Assembly: GCA_001627865.1 (NCBI GenBank)
Contig: LUQO01000065.1
Location: 13,134 to 77,133 of the forward strand
DNA from: SAR324 cluster bacterium REDSEA-S27_B3
Lineage (GTDB): Bacteria > SAR324 > NAC60-12
DNA length: 64,000 bases
Direction: 5' to 3'
Every line of letters begins with the position of its first letter. Positions within the stretch are counted from its first letter, which is position 1. The translations under genes were made by a program, and so were the position numbers. The notes beneath the pieces were generated by a model. The model was not told where the DNA came from, did no database searches, and was given only the letters and a program-made list of their open reading frames with translations. This document shows, piece by piece, positions 30,721 to 40,413 of the stretch.

Positions 30721-31560
30721 ATGGAGAAATATACATTTTTCCAGAAGATTCTGCTGTATATCGCAATCACAGTCTTCATGACATATATTCTGCTGCCGTT
30801 CTTTGAAATGTTCATGGCATCTCTGAGACCGCTGGAACATTTGTTCAGGTCCCCTTACCAGTTCTGGTCTGATGATATGTCTTTAAAGGCATATTCCGAT
30901 ATTTGGGATACAGTACCTCTTTTGGGGAGATATATTTTTAACAGCGTATTTTTAGCCACAGTAACAACTATACTCTGCATGAGTTTTGTGATTCCCGCGG
31001 CCTATTCCTACGCGCGTTTCAATTTCAGGGGAAAAAGAATCAGTCTGGGCTTGTTTCTGGGAGTAAACATGTTTGCCGGCGCAGTGCTTTTGATTCCTCT
31101 CTATAAATTGCTGCGTTCCCTGGGGTTGCTGAATACTTATGCCGCAATGTTTGTTCCCGGAGCAGCCTTTCTGGTACCTACAGGAATTTGGCTGTTGAAA
31201 GCATATCTGGAAAAAATTCCAATCGAGCTGGAAGAATCAGCTTACATTGACGGTGCATCCAGAATGTATATTCTCAGAAAAGTGGTGCTCCCGCTTGCAG
31301 TTCCAGGCTTGATTGTGGTCGGGGTTGCCACATTTATCGGGGCTTACGCACAGCAATTTCTTTTTGCAATCACATTCAATCAAAAAAGAGAATATATGCC
31401 TCTTCCTGCGGGAATATTTGAATTCGTGGGTTATCAGTCAGTGATCTGGAATGAACTGATGGCAGCAAGCATAGTGGGTATCGTCCCTGTTTTAATAATT
31501 TTCCTGTTTTTGCAGAAATACCTTGTGGAAGGTTTAACCAAAGGTGCAATCAAAGAATGA
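30721..31560 (+). CDS. ABC sugar transporter permease (MalG/UgpE-like)
   Basis: 279 aa, multi-TM, with the EAA loop ESAYIDGASRMYILRKVVLP. Confidence 0.9.
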   Translation: MEKYTFFQKILLYIAITVFMTYILLPFFEMFMASLRPLEHLFRSPYQFWSDDMSLKAYSDIWDTVPLLGRYIFNSVFLATVTTILCMSFVIPAAYSYARFNFRGKRISLGLFLGVNMFAGAVLLIPLYKLLRSLGLLNTYAAMFVPGAAFLVPTGIWLLKAYLEKIPIELEESAYIDGASRMYILRKVVLPLAVPGLIVVGVATFIGAYAQQFLFAITFNQKREYMPLPAGIFEFVGYQSVIWNELMAASIVGIVPVLIIFLFLQKYLVEGLTKGAIKE

Positions 31561-31731
31561 ATTTCGTCTGGTCAACGATTCATTTTTTTACTGTTAAATG
31601 ACTTGAAAAGAAAGGAGGTGCAAATAATTTTACATTCAATGTTTCATCATCAAAGATGAAATTTGTATAAACTCGCATTCAAAATTGAGGTTTATGTTTT
31701 ATATTCTGACATGCTGAGTGTGAATTAAATC

Positions 31732-31745
31732 TGGTCTGTGGACCA
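31732..31745. promoter_or_regulatory. TGGTC-N4-GACCA palindrome (HutC/DasR/NagR-operator-like)
   Basis: TGGTCTGTGGACCA lies 25 nt upstream of the SBP start, inside a 200-nt internal gap of the operon. Confidence 0.35.
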
Positions 31746-31769
31746 TTAATTAAATCAATAAAGGTGAAT

Positions 31770-32993
31770 ATGAAGACAATGAAAACAATTAAGCGGTTTT
31801 CGCTTATTACCGCGGGGCTCCTGCTGTTAACGGGTTTGTTTCAAATCCAGGCACAGGAACTCAGATTTATCATGTGCGGCGGGGAAGTTCGTGCTGCTGA
31901 TCAACAAGTGATTGATGCCTTCAAAGCCAGCAATCCAGGTGTGACAGTAAACATGGAAGCAGTTCCCTGGGGTACATGTCAGGACAAGTCAATGACACTT
32001 GCAGCGGCAGGTGATCCTGTAAGTCTGTCGTATATGGGTTCCAGAACCCTGAAACAGTTGGGAGAGAACAATCTGATTGTTCCTGTAACAATTCCTGAAA
32101 AAGACCAGGCAAATTATCAGCCCGGCATTTTAAACACCGTCAGCCATCTTGGCAAGTTCTGGGGATTCCCTCATGCTTTTTCTACTAAAGCCCTGTTCAT
32201 TAACTGTGGACTTATTGAGAAAGCTGGAATGCAGTGTGTTGCACCGCATACCTGGGAAGGTATGTACCAGATGGCCAAGACAGTCAAGGATAAACTGGGA
32301 ATTGCCGGTGTTGGTCTTGTGGCCAAGGATTTTGATAACACCATGCACCAGTTCCTGAACTATCTTTACAGTAACGGTGGAACGGTGATTGACCCTGCCA
32401 CAAATAATATTACTTTGAACAGTCCTCAAGCAATTGAGGCACTTGAGTTCTATGGAAAATTGGCAAGTGTTGCCCAGGAAGGACCTACTGCGTTTGAAAG
32501 ATCCCAGGTAAAAGATCTTTTTAATGACGAAAAAGTAGCCATGTACATTGACGGACCATGGGGTGGAGGACAGCACAAGAAAACGCTGAAAACCATTAAT
32601 GTTCCGATTCCAGCAGGACCGAGTGGTAACAATGGAACCCTTTTGATTACAGATTCAATTGCTGTATTTAAGGGAACAGGTCACGAAAGTGTTGCCATGG
32701 AGCTGGCAAGGGCCCTTTCTTCCGGTCAAGCGCAATATGAACTTGACAGCAGCTGGGGTTTGACTCCAATCATGAAATATGAAAAATTCATTGATAATCC
32801 TTATTACGTCAACAACTCCTATTGGAGTGTGTTTGTTGAGCCAATTGCTTCCGGAGGTCCGGAACCGCTGTTTGTGGAATATAAATCACTGCAGACTGTG
32901 ATGAACAACATGATCCAGGGAATTGTACTTGGTGAAGGATCAGCGGCAGATCTGGTTGCAACTGCTGCTGAAGAACTTGAAGAATTCAAGTAA
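31770..32993 (+). CDS. ABC transporter periplasmic sugar-binding protein (family 1 SBP)
   Basis: Signal peptide MKTMKTIKRFSLITAGLLLLTGLFQIQA. The ATG at 31770 is preceded by AAGG at 5-nt spacing. Typical SBP_bac_1 length. Confidence 0.9.
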   Translation: MKTMKTIKRFSLITAGLLLLTGLFQIQAQELRFIMCGGEVRAADQQVIDAFKASNPGVTVNMEAVPWGTCQDKSMTLAAAGDPVSLSYMGSRTLKQLGENNLIVPVTIPEKDQANYQPGILNTVSHLGKFWGFPHAFSTKALFINCGLIEKAGMQCVAPHTWEGMYQMAKTVKDKLGIAGVGLVAKDFDNTMHQFLNYLYSNGGTVIDPATNNITLNSPQAIEALEFYGKLASVAQEGPTAFERSQVKDLFNDEKVAMYIDGPWGGGQHKKTLKTINVPIPAGPSGNNGTLLITDSIAVFKGTGHESVAMELARALSSGQAQYELDSSWGLTPIMKYEKFIDNPYYVNNSYWSVFVEPIASGGPEPLFVEYKSLQTVMNNMIQGIVLGEGSAADLVATAAEELEEFK

Positions 32994-33001
32994 CAGCAAA
33001 T

Positions 33002-33030
33002 AAAGGCGGGCAATTGCTGCCCGCCTTTTT
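33002..33030 (+). terminator. Rho-independent terminator after the SBP gene
   Basis: AAAGGCGGGCA-attgc-TGCCCGCCTTT, an 11-bp perfect GC-rich stem running into a T5 tract, 9 nt after the stop. Confidence 0.8.
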
Positions 33031-33070
33031 ACATACACTAACTTTTTAAAATAATGTATCAGGAAAGTTG

Positions 33071-34177
33071 ATGGCAACGGTATCTCTGAAATCAATTAAC
33101 AAATGGTTCGACACTTCACAGGTTTTGAATGATATAAGCCTTGATATTGAGGACAAGGAATTTGTTGTTTTTGTCGGACCATCAGGTTGCGGCAAGACAA
33201 CTCTGCTACGGATCGTTGCCGGTCTTGAAGAGGCAACTACAGGAGAAATAGAGATTGACGGTATAGAAGTTTCATCTGCCCACCCCATTGAGCGTGGAAT
33301 CTCGATGGTCTTTCAATCTTATGCCCTTTATCCTCATTTAACTGTTTTTGAAAATATTGCCTTCCCTCTGCGTGTGGCAAAAATGCCTAAGACCGAGCTG
33401 GAAGAACAGGTTATGCGAGCGGCCGAAACACTTCAGTTGACCGATCGTCTTCAACACAAACCCGGACAGCTGTCAGGAGGTCAGCGCCAGCGTGTTGCCA
33501 TTGGGCGCTCAATTGTCAGGCAGCCTAAAGTTTTCCTTTTTGATGAGCCTCTTTCAAATCTTGATGCCGCTTTGCGTGGTGAAATGCGAGTCGAATTGGC
33601 AAAGCTGCATAAGAGTCTTGACGCGACAATGATTTATGTTACCCATGATCAGGTGGAAGCAATGACACTGGCAGACAGAATTGTAGTCATTTCTGAAGGC
33701 AGGCTGGAACAGTTCGGTACACCAATGGAGTTATATCACAGACCAAAAACAAAGTTTGTGGCTGGATTCATCGGGAATCCTAAAATGAATTTTCTCAAGG
33801 TCCCATGCCTTTCCTCAAATTCAAGCGGCGTAACTTTAAAGTTACCTGACATAGGTGAGCAGCTGTTGCCGGTTGAGGCGGATACAGTTGAAGAAGGTGG
33901 TAACCTTGAAGTAGGCATAAGGCCGGAAGATTTTTCACTTTCTGATACAGACAAAGGAATGCCAATGAAGGTTGAGGTTGTGGAACATCTTGGAGGCAGC
34001 ACAATGGTTTATGGTAGTGTTGCGGATCATCTGAATTTCTGCGCGTTGCTGCCAGGAGACACTGAAGTATCTGATGATTCAGTAGTTAAATTAGAAGTCA
34101 ATCCTGCCAGCATGCATGTTTTTAATTCTAATGGGGACGCCATGAGACGACGAGAAATCCCTGCAATGCATCGATAA
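33071..34177 (+). CDS. ABC sugar transporter ATP-binding protein (MalK/UgpC/MsiK-like)
   Basis: Walker A GPSGCGKTT, signature LSGGQRQR, Walker B FLFDEPLSNLD, C-terminal regulatory (TOBE-like) domain. The ATG at 33071 is preceded by AGGAAAG. Confidence 0.95.
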   Translation: MATVSLKSINKWFDTSQVLNDISLDIEDKEFVVFVGPSGCGKTTLLRIVAGLEEATTGEIEIDGIEVSSAHPIERGISMVFQSYALYPHLTVFENIAFPLRVAKMPKTELEEQVMRAAETLQLTDRLQHKPGQLSGGQRQRVAIGRSIVRQPKVFLFDEPLSNLDAALRGEMRVELAKLHKSLDATMIYVTHDQVEAMTLADRIVVISEGRLEQFGTPMELYHRPKTKFVAGFIGNPKMNFLKVPCLSSNSSGVTLKLPDIGEQLLPVEADTVEEGGNLEVGIRPEDFSLSDTDKGMPMKVEVVEHLGGSTMVYGSVADHLNFCALLPGDTEVSDDSVVKLEVNPASMHVFNSNGDAMRRREIPAMHR

Positions 34178-34384
34178 ATTGCCAATTCAGCTGTTATTGA
34201 TATTTTTAAAAATATAATTTACCATTCGTAGAAGTTTTGTTCAGACTGGAGGATAACTCCTTGAATTATAAAATATCCAACAGACCTTCTTTACTGAAAA
34301 CAATTTACTAAAATGATTGCCAATTCAAAATATATTCATACAAATTCTCTATAAGGAAACAATCCGGAGTAAGCAAAAAATCCC

Positions 34385-35158
34385 ATGGACATCATTGTAA
34401 ATCCGAATGTAGCTACACCGCTTTACCAGCAGATTAAGGAGTACTGTCAAAGTAACATCCAATCAGGGAATTTTCCGGTAGATTCACGGCTACCTTCAGA
34501 ACGACAGCTTGCTGAAAAATTTGAGGTCAGCAGAATGACTGTTACTAAAGCCTTCAAGGAACTTGAAAGGGAAGGTTGGGTTTATGCCCGTTCAGGAAAG
34601 GGGACGTTTGTCGCGCCACAAACAATAATAGATCAGACTCTTGATACACTCTCTTCTTTCTCTGAAGATATGGCTGAACAGAATTTAACTGTAACCAGTA
34701 AAATTTTATATCAGGGAGTTGAACCTGCCGGTGAATTGTTTGCCAGGAAGCTGTGGATTGACCCGGGCTCACTTATTTTTGTACTTGAACGTGTCAGAAT
34801 GGCGGACGAAGAGGTGATTTCACTGGAACGGGCACACATTCCATACGCACTTTGTCCGGAAATTGAAAAAAAATTCGATTTTTCACAAGAGTCGCTTTAC
34901 AGTGTTCTGCGTGAAAAATATACTCTTCAGCTGGTTATCGCACAGCAAACTGTTGAGGCACGCAAACCAACCATTGAAGAAATGAGAAAGTTAGCAATAG
35001 AACAGGCTGATCCTGTGCTTAGTTTTGAACGTACAACTCTTAATGCCAAATCACAACCGGTTGAATTTGCCAGGTCCGTCTATCTGGGAGACCGCTACAA
35101 ACTTCGTGTACAATTAAAGCCTACTTCTTCATCTGTCCAGGGAGAAGGACAAAACTAA
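34385..35158 (+). CDS. GntR-family regulator, HutC/NagR subfamily
   Basis: N-terminal winged HTH (LPSERQLAEKFEVSRMTVTKAFKELEREGWV) plus a UTRA-like effector domain. 257 aa. Confidence 0.88.
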   Translation: MDIIVNPNVATPLYQQIKEYCQSNIQSGNFPVDSRLPSERQLAEKFEVSRMTVTKAFKELEREGWVYARSGKGTFVAPQTIIDQTLDTLSSFSEDMAEQNLTVTSKILYQGVEPAGELFARKLWIDPGSLIFVLERVRMADEEVISLERAHIPYALCPEIEKKFDFSQESLYSVLREKYTLQLVIAQQTVEARKPTIEEMRKLAIEQADPVLSFERTTLNAKSQPVEFARSVYLGDRYKLRVQLKPTSSSVQGEGQN

Positions 35159-35177
35159 TTATATTTTTAATTTTTTG

Positions 35178-36014
35178 ATGAAAATCAGTGCAAGTTATTG
35201 GATATTTGACGGCGGTCTGGATGGAACATTGCCCATCAGCAGTGCCATGGAACAGGCAAGCCGTCTGGGATTTGACGCGATAGAACTTGGTATTGCCGGT
35301 CAAGGCGTATTGACCCACAAGACCACTCAGTCTGAATGTGAGAACATTCGTAAGGAAGCAGAAAAGTATGGACTGGAAATTTCCGGAGTGGCAAGTGGTG
35401 AAAGCTGGACTAGCTCTCCTACAGCGAATGCTCAGGATGTTCGTGACAGGATACTGGATTTCTCACAAAAAGCATTGCAAGTCACACAGTGGCTGGGCAC
35501 GGACGCGTATTTATATGTCCCCGGAGCAGTTGAGGTTTTTTTCCTGCCTGAATCAGAAGTCATTCCTTATGATGTGTGTTATCAACGGGCATCCGAGGCG
35601 ATTTCCTCGCTTGTGCCTGTTGCTGAAAAACTTGGAGTAACAATAGCTGTTGAAAATGTCTGGAATAAATTTCTGCTGAGCCCCTTGGAAATGAGAGATT
35701 TCATTGATAATTTTAATTCCGCTCAGGTCGGTGCCTATTTTGACGTGGGCAATGTTTTGTTGACAGGATATCCTGACCAGTGGATTCGCATTTTGGGCTC
35801 AAGAATAAAACGTGTACATATTAAGGATTTCAAACGCTCAATTGGCACCGCCGATGGTTTTGTGGATTTGCTTGAGGGAGATGTGGATTTTGAAGCCGTT
35901 AAGCAGGCCCTGGCGGAAATTAATTATGACGGCTACGTTACTGCTGAGATGATCCCATATACACCGGGCGGCCCGGAAAAAACGGCTGCTGCCATGAAGC
36001 AGATATTTAAATAG
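35178..36014 (+). CDS. xylose-isomerase-like TIM-barrel protein (sugar phosphate isomerase/epimerase family)
   Basis: AVENVWN..., GAYFDVGNV and RVHIKDF blocks are typical of the AP_endonuc_2 fold. ATG at 35178. Confidence 0.8.
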   Translation: MKISASYWIFDGGLDGTLPISSAMEQASRLGFDAIELGIAGQGVLTHKTTQSECENIRKEAEKYGLEISGVASGESWTSSPTANAQDVRDRILDFSQKALQVTQWLGTDAYLYVPGAVEVFFLPESEVIPYDVCYQRASEAISSLVPVAEKLGVTIAVENVWNKFLLSPLEMRDFIDNFNSAQVGAYFDVGNVLLTGYPDQWIRILGSRIKRVHIKDFKRSIGTADGFVDLLEGDVDFEAVKQALAEINYDGYVTAEMIPYTPGGPEKTAAAMKQIFK

Positions 36015-36025
36015 AGAATGTTCCA

Positions 36026-37045
36026 ATGCTGAAGATTGGGATTGTCGGTTTGGGATTTATGGGCAAGATGCATTATCGCTGCTACAATTCCCTTGATAAT
36101 GTAAGAATCACTGCTATATGTGACGCTGATGCAGAACAGCTGAATAATACTTCCGGAGTCTCCGGAAATATCTCAGGCGCAGAGGAAGAACTTGATTTAA
36201 GCGGTATACAGCTTTTTTCAGATTTTTCAAAGATGCTTAAAGCTGCAGAACTCGACGCTGTATCCATTGCGTCACCGACTTTCCTTCACGCCGCCCAAAC
36301 AATTGAGGCGCTTAATTCCGGAATACATGTTTTCTGCGAAAAACCAATGGCTTTGAATTCACAGGATTGCGGGCAAATGGTCGAAGCCACCAGGCGATCC
36401 GGACAAGTTCTGCAGATCGGCCATTGCATACGGTTCTGGCCTGAATATGTGCAGACCAAAGAAATCATTGACTCCGGACAATATGGAAAAGTTCTGGCCG
36501 CAACATTTCAGCGTTTGAGTCTTACACCGACATGGAGCTGGGATAATTGTTTTCTTGATGGAAAACGCAGCGGCGGGGCCATGCTGGACTTGCATATTCA
36601 CGATGCGGATTATGTGCATTATGTATTCGGAATGCCGGAAGAAGTTTTCAGCCGAGGCGTGATTGGTCCCAGCGGTGATTATGACCACACTGTAACACAA
36701 TACCTTTATGATGATCAAAAAGTAATTACTGCCGAAGGTGGCTGGATTATGGCGCCGGATTTCGGCTTCGAAATGAGTTTCAAAATTGTACTCGAAAATG
36801 CAACCCTAATTTATAGTTCTGCACAGCAGCCAACCTTCAAAATTTGTCCCAAAGACGGTGAAACAATAGTTCCGGAAATTCCGGATGGGGACGGATATTC
36901 TTTTGAGATTCAGCATTTTGTTGATATGATTTCCGGAAAGTCTGTACAATCTGTAATAACTCCGGAACAATCCGCTGATTCCATAAAAATTATTGAAGCA
37001 GAAAAGGAATCAATCCGGAAAAGAAACAAAATCCAACTTAACTGA
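36026..37045 (+). CDS. Gfo/Idh/MocA-family NAD(P)-dependent oxidoreductase
   Basis: N-terminal Rossmann KIGIVGLGFMGKMH, EKP motif (CEKPMA). 339 aa. Confidence 0.85.
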   Translation: MLKIGIVGLGFMGKMHYRCYNSLDNVRITAICDADAEQLNNTSGVSGNISGAEEELDLSGIQLFSDFSKMLKAAELDAVSIASPTFLHAAQTIEALNSGIHVFCEKPMALNSQDCGQMVEATRRSGQVLQIGHCIRFWPEYVQTKEIIDSGQYGKVLAATFQRLSLTPTWSWDNCFLDGKRSGGAMLDLHIHDADYVHYVFGMPEEVFSRGVIGPSGDYDHTVTQYLYDDQKVITAEGGWIMAPDFGFEMSFKIVLENATLIYSSAQQPTFKICPKDGETIVPEIPDGDGYSFEIQHFVDMISGKSVQSVITPEQSADSIKIIEAEKESIRKRNKIQLN

Positions 37046-37060
37046 AAAAGAAAAAGATTC

Positions 37061-37870
37061 ATGCTTTCATGTCAAAACTGGCCGATCGGAATTTGCACCT
37101 GGTCCCTGAAAAATGACATCAGTGTTTTAGAAAAGGTGATGAGCGAATCCGGAATTACTCATCTGCACCTTTCACTTGATCCGGAGCTGAATTCAGAAAA
37201 TACCGATTATTTAAAGGCTGTAGAAAAACATCAATGGCAGCCCACCGCGGCAATGATAGGTTTTGATCATGAGGATTATTCCACTTTGGAAACAATCCGG
37301 AATACCGGTGGTATTGTTCCGGATCAGTTTTGGGAGAAGAACAGCGAAAAAATTCTGCAGGCCATTGAATTAACAGCTGATCTCAGCTTAGAATTACTTT
37401 CATTTCATTTCGGATTTATCGATGATTCTCAGCAAAAATTGCGCGAAAGAGTGCTCTATCTGGCAGATGCCGCGCAGAGGAGAAACGTGTTTTTGCTGAT
37501 GGAAACTGGTCAGGAAACAGCCCTGTCTTTGCGAGAGTTTTTGGAAGGACTCACTCACCCCTCCCTTGCTGTGAATTTTGATCCTGCCAATATGATTCTG
37601 TATGGAAAAGGTGACCCCATTTCAGCCCTGGAAATTCTAAAACCATGGGTCAAACACGTACATATAAAGGATGCCAGGAAAAGTTCTGTTACTGATCAAT
37701 GGGGAGAAGAAGTACCATGGGGAGAAGGGGATTTTGACAACGAAGTATTTCTGAAATCCTTAAGCAGAATTGACTACAAAGGAGCCTTAGCCATCGAACG
37801 TGAGGCTGGCTCACAGCGCTCAGGAGACATTAAACATGCTGCCAAACTTCTAAGCCAGTTTAATGCTTGA
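37061..37870 (+). CDS. xylose-isomerase-like TIM-barrel protein (second copy, divergent)
   Basis: LLMETGQE, AVNFDPANM, HVHIKDA and ALAIEREAG blocks. Confidence 0.8.
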   Translation: MLSCQNWPIGICTWSLKNDISVLEKVMSESGITHLHLSLDPELNSENTDYLKAVEKHQWQPTAAMIGFDHEDYSTLETIRNTGGIVPDQFWEKNSEKILQAIELTADLSLELLSFHFGFIDDSQQKLRERVLYLADAAQRRNVFLLMETGQETALSLREFLEGLTHPSLAVNFDPANMILYGKGDPISALEILKPWVKHVHIKDARKSSVTDQWGEEVPWGEGDFDNEVFLKSLSRIDYKGALAIEREAGSQRSGDIKHAAKLLSQFNA

Positions 37871-38027
37871 ATGAATTCAATGATGTTTATTGGAATTGAC
37901 TCGTAAGGTTTCACCATTCTGAGGGGGGTTTTTCTGAAATCCTGATACGTCTTCACCTTATTATCAGTTCGATACCCAAGAAGTCCTCTTGTAAAATCTC
38001 TCCTAATTCATAATTTCAGCAAAAAAA

Positions 38028-38903
38028 ATGTTAACTACCGAACAATCAAACCCTGATACGTTTAATTTGCACGAAATGTCAGCATTTGATATTGTGCGGA
38101 AGATGAACGCAGAGGATGCTACAATTTCAAACTCTGTACAAAAAGCACTGCCTGAAATTGCCTCCGCGGTTGAATTGATTACGGACCGTCTAAAGAAAGG
38201 TGGAAGACTGTTTTACATAGGAGCAGGTACCAGCGGACGCCTGGGAGTCATGGATGCTTCTGAGTGCCCACCCACTTTTGGAACCAAACCGGACATGGTG
38301 CATGGTATAATATCTGGTGGAGAATTCGCATTGGGGGACGCGTTAGAATTAGCGGAAGATGACCGTAATGCAGGAAAAGAAGCCATACAAAACAAAAATA
38401 TTAATAAACTGGACGCGGTATTTGGCATCTCAGCGAGCGGTACCACACCGTTCGTGCTTGCTGCTCTTGAGTACGCGCGTGCGCAGGGGACAGGAACTAT
38501 TGGACTTGCCTGCAACGAGCACTCGCCCTTGTTGGAAAGAGTGGATATTGGAATTTGTGTGTTGGTCGGCCCGGAAATTTTGGCGGGTTCCACTAGGCTC
38601 AAAGCAGGGACAGCCCAGAAGATGGTGCTGAACATGCTCAGCACTACCACGATGATCCGCCTTGGAAAAGTTTACAAAAACAGGATGGTAGATTTACAGG
38701 TCACCAATAAGAAACTTGTCAGGCGTGCAGAGCAAATGGTTGCTGAACTTGGAGAAGTTTCTCTTCAGACGGCTTCAAAATTGTTGACTCAAACTGGGAA
38801 TAATGTAAAGAAAGCCATTGTGATGGCCAGGCTTGGGATCAGTTCAGAAGAGGCAGAAAAGCGAATTCTGGATTCGAGAGGGTATTTGGAAAAAATTCTT
38901 TAA
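38028..38903 (+). CDS. murQ: N-acetylmuramic acid 6-phosphate etherase
   Basis: 291-aa SIS-domain protein. GRLFYIGAGTSGRLGVMDASECPPTFG and GSTRLKAGTAQKMVLNMLST are MurQ hallmarks. Confidence 0.9.
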   Translation: MLTTEQSNPDTFNLHEMSAFDIVRKMNAEDATISNSVQKALPEIASAVELITDRLKKGGRLFYIGAGTSGRLGVMDASECPPTFGTKPDMVHGIISGGEFALGDALELAEDDRNAGKEAIQNKNINKLDAVFGISASGTTPFVLAALEYARAQGTGTIGLACNEHSPLLERVDIGICVLVGPEILAGSTRLKAGTAQKMVLNMLSTTTMIRLGKVYKNRMVDLQVTNKKLVRRAEQMVAELGEVSLQTASKLLTQTGNNVKKAIVMARLGISSEEAEKRILDSRGYLEKIL

Positions 38904-38925
38904 GACAATAAAAAGGCATTTCTCT

Positions 38926-40242
38926 ATGACGCTTACAGAGCAGTTAATTGAGTTAATTGAAAACAAGCGGATTGAAGATGAAGATGTCGAAGCTGCCAGC
39001 TGGTTTATGCTCGACGCAATGGCCAATATTGCCGCGGGTCGAAACTCTGAACAGGGCAGAATTCTCACTCGCTGGTTTTTAGAAGTACCTGCAGATTCTT
39101 CTCGCAAGGTGCTTTGGCTGGGTTCCTTGATGCACATTCTTGAAATGGATGATCTTCATCGCAATTCTGTGGTTCATCCGGGATGTGTAGTAATTCCAGC
39201 GGTGCTTGCTGTTGGATTGCGCGAAGGTGTCAGCGGAAGAAAGATGCTTGAAGCAACACTCAAGGGATTTGAGGTCTGTACCCGTATTGGAAATTCTGTG
39301 GGTCCCGCACATTATAAAATCTGGCACAATACTTCAACCTGCGGTCCTTTCGGCGCGGCTTATGCTGCAGGCACACTTCTTGGGCTTAACAGCAGTGAAT
39401 TAAGTGACGCTTTGGGAAATGCCGGAACACAGTCCTCAGGACTTTGGGAGTTTGTTGAAAGCGGTTCAATGAGCAAACATCTGCACGCGGGACGTGCAGG
39501 GCAATCCGGATTGATAGCCGCAGAACTGGCCCGGCATGGTTTCAGCGGTTCTCCCACTATTCTTGAAGGTACACGCGGTTTTTACGCGGCATGCTGTCCG
39601 GACGCAAGTCCGGAGGAACTGCTTGCAAATCCGGATGATCGTTGGCAGCTGCATCAAACTTCGATAAAACCCTGGCCTTGCTGTCGGCACACCCATCCAG
39701 CCATTGATGCCGCCACGGAGCTTTCTGGTCAACTGGCAGGGAAGAATCCGGATACCATAGAACTTGGAGTTACCCAGGCAGCAATTGATGTATGTAACAA
39801 TCCCAATCCGGAATCCGTTTATGAAGCAAAGTTTTCCTTGCAGCACTGTGTTTCGGTCGCATTGCTGAACGGCAAAGTGGTATTCGAGTCTTTTGAGTCA
39901 GAAGCAAGAAAGCTTACTGCAGGTTTGAATAACAAGGTCAGTATCCGGTGCGATGAAAAAATTGAGCAGAATTATCCGGAAGCCTGGGGGGTGGACTTAA
40001 GAGTTAAAATGAAGGACGGCAAGGTAATTAAAGTACACCGCGATCATGCTAAAGGTGATCCGGATGCTCCGCTTACCGCCAAAGAAATGAGGGAAAAAGC
40101 TGTGATGCTTTTTAGTCATGGGGGAATGAAAGAACCTGAAAAATGGGTAGAAAGAATTCTTGGTCTTCCTCAGGAACCATCATTTTCTGAAAGCGATATA
40201 TATCGGCTTCTGAATATAACAGTTGAAACAGCAGAGTTGTGA
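38926..40242 (+). CDS. MmgE/PrpD-family protein (2-methylcitrate dehydratase-like)
   Basis: 438 aa from the ATG at 38926, 22 nt after murQ. Overall PrpD-family pattern (ILEMDDLH, HPGCVVIPA, TSIKPWPCCRHTH). Confidence 0.82.
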   Translation: MTLTEQLIELIENKRIEDEDVEAASWFMLDAMANIAAGRNSEQGRILTRWFLEVPADSSRKVLWLGSLMHILEMDDLHRNSVVHPGCVVIPAVLAVGLREGVSGRKMLEATLKGFEVCTRIGNSVGPAHYKIWHNTSTCGPFGAAYAAGTLLGLNSSELSDALGNAGTQSSGLWEFVESGSMSKHLHAGRAGQSGLIAAELARHGFSGSPTILEGTRGFYAACCPDASPEELLANPDDRWQLHQTSIKPWPCCRHTHPAIDAATELSGQLAGKNPDTIELGVTQAAIDVCNNPNPESVYEAKFSLQHCVSVALLNGKVVFESFESEARKLTAGLNNKVSIRCDEKIEQNYPEAWGVDLRVKMKDGKVIKVHRDHAKGDPDAPLTAKEMREKAVMLFSHGGMKEPEKWVERILGLPQEPSFSESDIYRLLNITVETAEL

Positions 40243-40413
40243 ATCATACAGCCTGTGTCTTCTGCAAAAATGTTTATCCAAAATAATTGCCAGGAATTTA
40301 TCTGATAATTTAATTGACTTTTTTTGTACCTGCCTGAAACTATATGCATGTATTTCACTGTTCAACGCATTTTAAGGTTTCAACTCAATCCCACTTTTTA
40401 AATTCATAGTTCC

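Noticed and set aside
34178-34327. 12-nt direct repeat ATTGCCAATTCA at 34178-34189 and 34316-34327 upstream of the GntR gene
   Set aside because: It could be paired half-sites, but it is not palindromic, unrelated to the other candidate operators and AT-rich. A chance repeat cannot be excluded without conservation data.
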